DNA from: Candidatus Omnitrophota bacterium
GTDB taxonomy: Bacteria; Omnitrophota; Gorgyraeia; B26-G9
Direction of reading: 5' to 3'
Assembly: GCA_018817585.1 (NCBI GenBank)
Contig: JAHITE010000094.1
Location: 1 to 58,959 of the forward strand
Length of the DNA: 58,959 nt
Below, piece after piece: positions 49,435 through 56,693 of this stretch; within the stretch, counting starts at the first letter, position 1, and each line of letters begins with the position of its first letter. The notes beneath the pieces are model-generated. The model saw nothing but the letters and a program-made list of their open reading frames with translations. It made no database searches and had not been told where the DNA came from. The position numbers and the translations under genes were made by a program.

Positions 49435-51741
49435 ATGCGAAATATTTATTTTCCCTCAACATATTTAAAAATAGTTAAAAAGATTTTTTTTGATCCAGAT
49501 TGTTTTTCCGCTTTTCTGTTTAAAATGATTCCCCTATGTTTATTATTCAGCTTTGTTTTGTTCCTGCGATTAGCAAATGCCCAGCAGCAAACCAGTGAAC
49601 CTATATACTCCGGGGATAATTTAGCTTTAATCGATAATTATGATCCGGAGATTTATGCTTTGGCCCAGGAAGATTATGCTAGTGATGAACTTCTGTCTGA
49701 ACCAGTGGTTAAGGGCAGTTTTCGTTTTAATTTTGGCGTGAATACATCTGATTTTATTTGGAAAGATGCCAGCTGGCTGGAACATGAACGTTCCTGGCGC
49801 TGGCTGTTTGGCGATAAGCGTTATAATACTTTTGATAATTCCATCTACAATCAAGTCCAGCTGAGCATTGACGCGCCGATAAATGATCAACTTTCCATGT
49901 ATACCAAAATATCAATTGATCCCTGGGCTTTTGTCGGTAAATCGCGAACAATTACTTTGCCGACCTGGTATGGCGCGACAGATGCCAATGATCCGGTTGA
50001 ACTGCAATTAAAATACTGGTCAAGTACCGGCAATCTCTATCCTGAAGCTGCGCGTTCTGCTGCCGGAGATACTTTTTATTTAAAGGAAACAAAAGTTGCT
50101 AATGGTTATGCTAAGCCATCAACAGTAGAGGGATGGACAACTCCCTATGTTCACCGTTTAGATATTCCTGAACTTAAAATTGATATGGAATTAAAACCAA
50201 TGAAAGCTTTATGGTTTGATTATAAGCAAGACGAATACCGGGCGATTTTATTTTTATACGCTGAAGAAAATATATCAATGTATTCTGATGATCCGCTAAA
50301 ACTGGTGAATAATCATATTTTCTGGCAGGCCAGTCCCTGGCTGTATAAATGGATTCCTGGCAGATTATATACAGCTGAGGGCTGGGCTCCGGGAACCTGG
50401 CAGGCTGATGAAGTGCTAAGGGACAGTGCCGGCAACTGGCTGACTTTACTACGCGCTTTTCGGTTTGAAGGTGAGCTTGCCAGTATCTATACGGATTTTA
50501 TGCTGGCCGCGCCTTTGGATCTTTGGGATGATTATACTGATGTAAATAATATTCCTCTGGGTTTTAGATTTAAAAAAGAATTTTCAGATCAATTTATGCT
50601 CGGAGGAGTATATACTTCCCGGATTGGATTTGATAAAGCCAGTCAGGATGCTTATGATCAGGCCATGGCGGTTGATTCTAGCTATGAGATCAATGAATGG
50701 CATACAATTAAAGCTGAAGCAGCAATATCTAAATCAGAGCATAATACTAATAATCAGGTTTATGAAGTAAACAGCGATGATGATGCCTATACAGTTGTTT
50801 TAGAAAGTAAAATTGATCCGTTTGAAATGCCGGTTGAATCAAAATTATCATATTCGCAAATGGGCAAGGATTTCGCGCCGCCTTTGGCAGTTTACAATTA
50901 CACAAAAAGCGATCAGCAATGGGGCAGACATATAGAATTTTATCGCCGGGGAGATGATGAAGAAAATTATCGAATTGGCGACAGTCTGGATCAAGATCGG
51001 AAAGTCACGGCAGTTGATTTGCGTTTTGGTGAATTTGAAGGTACAGATGTTTATTTAAATTTCCGTACTGTGAATAACGCGACGGATGATCAATTTGTCG
51101 AAAATGTTTTAAGAACAGAAATCGCTTATCAGGCAAATGAACAACTGCTTTATAAATTCCTGGTGCTTACGCATAATCGTCCGGATGCGGCGGACGGAAA
51201 AAGTTTGGATATAAATACAGGGTCAATAGGCTTTAAATATGATTTCACCGAATGGCTGAGTTTAGAGGAAATATTTGAAAGAACTAATGAATATCCGGAA
51301 TTTCCGGATTATCTGTATACCTGGCTGAACGTAAATCCAGACGCGCCTTATCCTTATTATTATATTAATAAAACTCGCTTGGTTATTACTCCGGATAAAT
51401 GGACGGAAATCGGTCTTGAGTATGTTTATAATGAATTTAATTATGCCGCGACCTTGGATGATTTTATGAACTATGCCGGCGCGGATATTCGCTATCAGCT
51501 GGATGAAGATATTAGTACTCGTTTAGTTTATCGTTATAGCCGGGTTTCTGATTATGGCTTAGGCGGCGATGTTATCGGGCATCATAATCTTTATTTTGAA
51601 TGTGTTTATGAATGTGATAAAGACAGCCGGGTTTCTTTGCGGTTTAGCGATCTTGGCGGTTATGTGGCTGGATTGGGATGGCAGAGCGCGGTCTTGGATA
51701 CTCAGCATATTGTGCGTCTGGTTTATGAAGGAACATTTTAA
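49435..51741 (+). CDS. Probable outer-membrane beta-barrel protein
   Basis: Signal-like MIPLCLLFSFVLFLRLANAQQQ (possible starts 49426, 49435, 49525). Aromatic-rich alternating strands. C-terminus ...VRLVYEGTF, ending in Phe (OMP beta-signal). Confidence 0.5.
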   Translation: MRNIYFPSTYLKIVKKIFFDPDCFSAFLFKMIPLCLLFSFVLFLRLANAQQQTSEPIYSGDNLALIDNYDPEIYALAQEDYASDELLSEPVVKGSFRFNFGVNTSDFIWKDASWLEHERSWRWLFGDKRYNTFDNSIYNQVQLSIDAPINDQLSMYTKISIDPWAFVGKSRTITLPTWYGATDANDPVELQLKYWSSTGNLYPEAARSAAGDTFYLKETKVANGYAKPSTVEGWTTPYVHRLDIPELKIDMELKPMKALWFDYKQDEYRAILFLYAEENISMYSDDPLKLVNNHIFWQASPWLYKWIPGRLYTAEGWAPGTWQADEVLRDSAGNWLTLLRAFRFEGELASIYTDFMLAAPLDLWDDYTDVNNIPLGFRFKKEFSDQFMLGGVYTSRIGFDKASQDAYDQAMAVDSSYEINEWHTIKAEAAISKSEHNTNNQVYEVNSDDDAYTVVLESKIDPFEMPVESKLSYSQMGKDFAPPLAVYNYTKSDQQWGRHIEFYRRGDDEENYRIGDSLDQDRKVTAVDLRFGEFEGTDVYLNFRTVNNATDDQFVENVLRTEIAYQANEQLLYKFLVLTHNRPDAADGKSLDINTGSIGFKYDFTEWLSLEEIFERTNEYPEFPDYLYTWLNVNPDAPYPYYYINKTRLVITPDKWTEIGLEYVYNEFNYAATLDDFMNYAGADIRYQLDEDISTRLVYRYSRVSDYGLGGDVIGHHNLYFECVYECDKDSRVSLRFSDLGGYVAGLGWQSAVLDTQHIVRLVYEGTF

Positions 51742-52418
51742 TGCGATTGAAAAAAGGCGTTACCCTGATCGAGCTTTTAGTTGCCATGGGAATTCTGGCT
51801 TTGCTGGTAACTATTTTATATTCGGTGTTTAGTGTTTCTTTGCGTGCCTGGAAAAAAGCTGATAATATATTTAAAGCAACAACCATTGCCCGGGTTGTGC
51901 TAGACAGGATCTCCCGGGAAATTTCCAGCGCGTTGATCAAAGATAATAATTTTTATTGCCTGGGCTTTGATTCCACTGCGCCTAGCGGCTGGAGAACCAA
52001 TAGTATTGGCGATGAATTCTATTTTATCGCGCCGACAAATCCCGGCAAAGAGACTTCTGATTTAGCGGAACTTGGTTACTGGCTGGATGGAGAAGGAACC
52101 GCGGCGGCAAATGATGATGTTTTGAGAAGGTTCTATGTTCTTGATGACAGAAATGATGTAAGTTCTTCGGATTTTGATTTTAACTTTTCAACCGGTTCGG
52201 CTAATGCGAGTGATCCGTTTTCTGAGAATATTACTGATCTGCAATTCACTTTTTTTGATACCAGCAATAATCCGGCTAATTCCTGGGATTCGCATACAGA
52301 CGGGGTTCCGAGTAAAATCGAGATATTAATTACAGTGCGAATCGGCCAGGGCACGCAAGCCACAAATCCGGAATTTTATCAAAATAGTTATACTACGACA
52401 ATTTCCTTCCTAAAATAA
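51741..52418 (+). CDS. Type IV pilin-like / T2SS pseudopilin with prepilin leader
   Basis: MRLKKG|VTLIELLVAMGILALLVTIL (Gly -1, Glu +5). The ATG overlaps the upstream stop (TAATG). Confidence 0.75.
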   Translation: MRLKKGVTLIELLVAMGILALLVTILYSVFSVSLRAWKKADNIFKATTIARVVLDRISREISSALIKDNNFYCLGFDSTAPSGWRTNSIGDEFYFIAPTNPGKETSDLAELGYWLDGEGTAAANDDVLRRFYVLDDRNDVSSSDFDFNFSTGSANASDPFSENITDLQFTFFDTSNNPANSWDSHTDGVPSKIEILITVRIGQGTQATNPEFYQNSYTTTISFLK

Positions 52419-52514
52419 ATATGCGATAAGCTGCATACTGCAGGATGTAAGTTGCAGGTTTTTTCATATTCACATTAATTAAAAATGACCCAAAAATAAT
52501 ATAACAACCTGTAG

Positions 52515-52535
52515 GGGCTGGGCTTGCCCCAGCCC
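52515..52535. other. GC-rich hairpin in AT-rich spacer
   Basis: GGGCTGGG / CCCAGCCC with loop CTTGC, preceded by TGTAG. No flanking T-tract on either strand. Confidence 0.5.
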
Positions 52536-52771
52536 GAATAGAATTATCAATAAGCGGTCTATAATTATCCGCTACAAGAAAAATCCAGAATAATTTGCAA
52601 AAATCTAAACATTCAGGTAAACTTAATGAGCATTTAATAAATCTTTTTAAAACTATATAGAATAGTTTTAGTTTAATATTAGATATCAATAAAAAGTTCT
52701 TAGCTAAAAACAGATAAAATATGAAATTAATTACTATTACGCGAAATAAACAAATTTTTGGGGTAAAAAAT

Positions 52772-53140
52772 ATGGATATTATATCAACGGAAAAAAGAAC
52801 AAGTATAAGAAGATTGGCTGATAATTCTGGAATACAAGTTAGGCCACTGGATCCTCAAGCTTGGTTTCGCTATTGGAATGGGACAGAGTGTTTTTTGCGG
52901 GATTTTACTTTGCTTGGAGCTGGGGTTTTTTCTAAAGAGGCAATGGTCGCGGGTACTCGTATAAGTATAGATCTTCTTTTAGATGATAGTATTAGTCCCA
53001 TAAGAGTTTTTGGCAAAGTTGAATGGACTATCCCTTATGATGATAAATACAGATCAGGTATAAGCTTTTCATGGTGGAAGAATGATCAAAGAAAAAAGCT
53101 AGTAAATAGGTTTTTGGAAAAGCTTAATTTATCAGCTTAA
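52772..53140 (+). CDS. Stand-alone PilZ-domain protein, paralog of 30561..30920
   Basis: ATG 52772 (MDIISTEKR...) chosen by alignment with the paralog and GGGGTA upstream. RTSIR (RxxxR) and DFTLLGAG. Shared blocks (V/L)RPLDPQ.WFR.WNG.EC and FGKVEW...G(V/I)SFSWWK.DQ. Confidence 0.75.
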   Translation: MDIISTEKRTSIRRLADNSGIQVRPLDPQAWFRYWNGTECFLRDFTLLGAGVFSKEAMVAGTRISIDLLLDDSISPIRVFGKVEWTIPYDDKYRSGISFSWWKNDQRKKLVNRFLEKLNLSA

Positions 53141-53216
53141 CTCTTATGTATATAGTAAGTTGTGATTGTTTATCCTCCATAATCATGTCTTGATTTTACT
53201 TTATATTTTATTATTA

Positions 53217-53350
53217 TAGGCCACGTCACGCCGTGGCCCTACTATTCGCTGCTTTTCTCGTCCATCGTCCTAGCGTAGCGATCGTCTACCTGTCCTCCAT
53301 AGCCTAGGCGTTGGAGGATTATTCTTCGGTTTTCTGTTCTCTGTTCTCTG
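53217..53350. other. GC-rich structured island in intergenic DNA
   Basis: Hairpin GGCCACG / CGTGGCC (53219..53238). Hairpin CCTCCA / TGGAGG around an inner CCTAGG. Short TTCTCTG tandem copies. Visibly more GC-rich than the flanks. Confidence 0.4.
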
Positions 53351-53373
53351 TCTTCTTGGGTAAAAGCTATTAA

Positions 53374-53402
53374 TTGACAAAATCTTGTTTTTTTGGTATA
53401 TT
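53374..53402 (+). promoter_or_regulatory. Sigma70-type promoter with extended -10 for the glycan export operon
   Basis: TTGACA (53374..53379), 17-nt spacer, TGG then TATATT (53397..53402). Confidence 0.55.
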
Positions 53403-53588
53403 ATTTTCAGATTATACTAGTCTAACTATTTATAATTTCAAGGTGTTGCGAATAATTAGCTGTAATTTTAGCCAAACACTGCTGTTTGTAATTAAGCAAG
53501 CTAATGCAGCCCTGCCTGGATTAAATTTTCTCTAATTATATTTGGGCATTATCCTGTCCGAAATAATAATATATAAAGGCTTAAGAAA

Positions 53589-54608
53589 ATGTATATGGCT
53601 ATTGGTTTATTATTTATAATTGCTTTTGGTTCCTGCTATTTTTTAATGCCTTTATTTGAAAAATTAGCAAAGCATAAAAATCTGGTTACAAATCCTGCTC
53701 CGCAAAAAATCGATTCTCGCAGCATGCCTTATTTGGGCGGCATTGCCATGTTCAGTGTTTTTCTGATTCTTGGCTGCGGGTTTTACCGGTTTTCCGGTTT
53801 TTCTTTGAATTTGTTTAAGTTCTACATGTTTATGTTTTCCGCCGGGATCATTGTATTATTCGGGTTTTTCGATGATATCCGGGAAATGAATCCTTGGGAA
53901 AAACTTATCGGGCAGTTTCTTGGTACATTGATTTTAGTTGGTTTTGTCGCGCGCACTGAGATTATTTATCTTAGTCCTTTGCTGAATATAATCTTGAGTT
54001 TTTTTTGGATTATTTTACTGGTCAACGCGTTTAACTTACTGGATATTCTTGACGGTTTGGCCGGGAGCGTGTCTTTAATCACTACTTTTGTTTTTTTTGT
54101 TTTTTCGGTTTTAACCAATAATCATTTTGTGCTGCTGGTTTCGACGATTCAGTGCGCGGTATTAATTGCTTTTTTAAAATATAATCTGCCGCCGGCGCGA
54201 ATATTTATGGGCGATGCCGGCAGTCAGTTTTTGGGGTTTTCCCAGGCAGTAATGGCCATATCGCTAAGCTTTGCCCATACCGGCTCTGAAATCGGTTTGG
54301 TTATTCCGATAATAATCCTGGCTTTGCCGCTGTTTGATATGCTGTTTGTTATTTTTGTCCGGTTAAGGCAGGGTAAATCGATATTTCTTAAAAGTAATGA
54401 TCATTTTGTTTTCCGCCTGCTTAAAATCAATATTTCCAAGCAATCAATCCTGAGGATAATGATTATTCTGTCGATTGTCACAAATTGCTGCGCTTTACTG
54501 ATTTATCTGGTGTCAAATACCATGGGTTTATTTGTTTTTTTATTGGTTATTAGCGGCATGTGTTTGGTCGGAATAAAATTAAGCAGATTGGAAATAAGTG
54601 ATGAGTAA
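53589..54608 (+). CDS. Polyprenyl-phosphate sugar-1-phosphate transferase (MraY/WecA family)
   Basis: YLGGIAMF, FGFFDDIREM, NAFNLLDILDGLAGS, IFMGDAGSQFLGF; about 10 TM helices. Confidence 0.8.
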   Translation: MYMAIGLLFIIAFGSCYFLMPLFEKLAKHKNLVTNPAPQKIDSRSMPYLGGIAMFSVFLILGCGFYRFSGFSLNLFKFYMFMFSAGIIVLFGFFDDIREMNPWEKLIGQFLGTLILVGFVARTEIIYLSPLLNIILSFFWIILLVNAFNLLDILDGLAGSVSLITTFVFFVFSVLTNNHFVLLVSTIQCAVLIAFLKYNLPPARIFMGDAGSQFLGFSQAVMAISLSFAHTGSEIGLVIPIIILALPLFDMLFVIFVRLRQGKSIFLKSNDHFVFRLLKINISKQSILRIMIILSIVTNCCALLIYLVSNTMGLFVFLLVISGMCLVGIKLSRLEISDE

Positions 54609-55887
54609 GCAGATCATAATTTTAGGTGCCGGACTTGCCGGCTTAAGCGCGGGTTTTCATCTAAAGGCTAAAACGAAAATATTTGAAAAAGAAGCGCGGG
54701 TCGGCGGGCTTGCCCGAACTGAAATCATCAAGGGCTTTATTTTTGATTATGACGGACATCTCCTGCATTTTAAAACCAAATATGTCCGGCAATTAATTGA
54801 TCAGCTTTTACCAAATCAGATTTCCGCGCGTAAACGCAATGCCTGGATTTATTCTAATGATGTTTATACTAAATATCCGTTTCAGGCCAACACTTTTGGT
54901 TTGCCGCTGCGAATAGTTAAAAAATGTATTTTAGGCATGCTCAAACCAGCGGTAAAAACAAAAGATAAAGACACGCAAAATCTCTATGATTGGATGCTCG
55001 ATAGCTTTGGTGCGGGGATAACCAAGTATTTTATGTATCCCTATAATTATAAATTCTGGACAATACCGCCGCAAGAGCTGATCCCGGATTGGACAGTAAA
55101 TTTTGTGCCGCGGGTAAAGATTAAATCTGTTTTAGACGGAGCGTTTACTTTAAAAACAAAGGCTCTGGGTTATAACAGTGAATTTTATTATCCGGATAAA
55201 GGGGGGATTGAGCAGCTGGCAAAAGCTTTTGCTAAACAGGTCAAAAACATATATACTGAACACGAGGCGCAGGCAATAGATCTCGAGCAGAAAACAGTAA
55301 AATTCAGCAATGGCAGGATCGAGGAATTTACGCGGCTTATTTGTTCTTTGCCAATGCTTGAATTAAAGAAACTTATTGTTAATAAACTGCCGGAAAACGT
55401 TAAAACCGCGTTTTTAAAACTTAGGTATATATCGATCTATAATCTTAATCTGGGAATTGACCGGCCGGAAATAAGCGATAAACATTGGATATACTATCCG
55501 GAAGATAAATTTTCTTTTTTCCGGGTTGGGTTTCCGATGAATTTTTCGCATAATACCGCGCCGCGGGGCAAGAGTTCTTTGTACGCGGAAGTATCCTATT
55601 CGAAAAATAAGCCTTTAGACAAACAGGGAATTGATAAACTAATTCACCAGGATTTGATTAAGGCTGGGATTTTGCGGCCAGACGATAAAATTTTAGTTTC
55701 GCATGTTAATGATATTAAATACGCTTATGTTGTTTATGATCATAATTATCGCGATTGTCTGAAAATATTAAATGATTTCTTAACCGCGAATAATATTTTC
55801 CCTGTCGGTAGATTTGGAAAATGGAAATATATGTCCATGGAAGATGTGATTGTCGACGGAAAGCTGATTGCCCAGGAGCTGAACTAA
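54601..55887 (+). CDS. FAD-dependent UDP-galactopyranose-mutase-like flavoprotein
   Basis: IIILGAGLAGLSAG (GxGxxG). GGLARTEIIKGFIFDYDGHLLHF and C-terminal GRFGKWKYMSMEDVI resemble Glf (GGNAYTE...YGAHIFH, GRLAEYKYYDMHQVI; recalled). Start overlaps the upstream stop. Confidence 0.6.
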   Translation: MSKQIIILGAGLAGLSAGFHLKAKTKIFEKEARVGGLARTEIIKGFIFDYDGHLLHFKTKYVRQLIDQLLPNQISARKRNAWIYSNDVYTKYPFQANTFGLPLRIVKKCILGMLKPAVKTKDKDTQNLYDWMLDSFGAGITKYFMYPYNYKFWTIPPQELIPDWTVNFVPRVKIKSVLDGAFTLKTKALGYNSEFYYPDKGGIEQLAKAFAKQVKNIYTEHEAQAIDLEQKTVKFSNGRIEEFTRLICSLPMLELKKLIVNKLPENVKTAFLKLRYISIYNLNLGIDRPEISDKHWIYYPEDKFSFFRVGFPMNFSHNTAPRGKSSLYAEVSYSKNKPLDKQGIDKLIHQDLIKAGILRPDDKILVSHVNDIKYAYVVYDHNYRDCLKILNDFLTANNIFPVGRFGKWKYMSMEDVIVDGKLIAQELN

Positions 55888-55889
55888 TT

Positions 55890-56669
55890 ATGAGTTACGC
55901 TTATATAAAAAACATTTATGATTATCGCGATTTAATGATAAGCCTGACTAAAAAAGAAATAAAAATAAAATACAAATCAGCGTTATTAGGCTGGTTATGG
56001 TCTTTGTTAAATCCTTTACTTTTAATGCTGGTCTTTAGTTTTGTGTTTACTGTGATTATTAAGATTCAAATCGATAATTTCCCGGTTTTTTTACTCAGCG
56101 CGCTTTTACCCTGGTTTTTTCTGAATTTTTCTTTAAACGCCTCAGTTACTTCGATTGTTGATAATGCCAGCCTGATTAAAAAAGCCTATTTTCCTTATGA
56201 AGTAATTACTTTGTCGATTGTTGCCGCTAATTTGTTTAATTTTCTGATTTCGCAATTATTGCTGTTTGTTTTTTTAGTTTATTTCAAGTTGTTTCCCAGC
56301 TGGCTATGGCTTTATTTGCCGCTGATAATTGTTTTGCAAACCTTGTTTATCGCCGGAATTTGTTTGGCTGCCGCGGCTTTGCACACTTTGTATCGGGATG
56401 TGAAGTATATTGTTGAGCTGCTGCTGCTGGTATGGTTTTACGCTACTCCGATTTTTTATCCATTGTCTTTTGTTCCGGAAAATATTCAAAAGTTTTTTTA
56501 TCTTAATCCATTGAGTTTATATATAAACGCTTATCGGGATATTTTGCTTTATGCCAAGGCTCCGAGTTTTTTAACTCTCGGATGCATGTGCCTGATTAGT
56601 CTGGGGTTTTGCGCGGTAGGGATTGCTTTATTTTGCCGATATAAGAAATTTTTTGCTGATTTTACTTGA
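55890..56669 (+). CDS. ABC-2 type polysaccharide export permease (Wzm/TagG-like)
   Basis: ATG 55890, 3 nt after the upstream stop. LTKKEIKIKYKSALLGWLWSLLNPLL and six hydrophobic helices. Confidence 0.8.
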   Translation: MSYAYIKNIYDYRDLMISLTKKEIKIKYKSALLGWLWSLLNPLLLMLVFSFVFTVIIKIQIDNFPVFLLSALLPWFFLNFSLNASVTSIVDNASLIKKAYFPYEVITLSIVAANLFNFLISQLLLFVFLVYFKLFPSWLWLYLPLIIVLQTLFIAGICLAAAALHTLYRDVKYIVELLLLVWFYATPIFYPLSFVPENIQKFFYLNPLSLYINAYRDILLYAKAPSFLTLGCMCLISLGFCAVGIALFCRYKKFFADFT

Positions 56670-56693
56670 ATACTTAATCACAAAGGAACAATA

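Noticed and set aside
52393-52689. 98-aa ORF on the - strand in the spacer after the pseudopilin gene.
   Set aside because: It overlaps the end of the + strand gene and is read through the GC-rich hairpin (yielding RAGASPAPTG). It has no RBS or domain signal and is most likely spurious.
53217-53350. Possible tRNA or other structured RNA gene in the GC-rich island.
   Set aside because: No cloverleaf can be drawn, there is no T-arm GTTCRANYC-like box, and no adjacent promoter or terminator. It is kept only as a repeat/structure observation.
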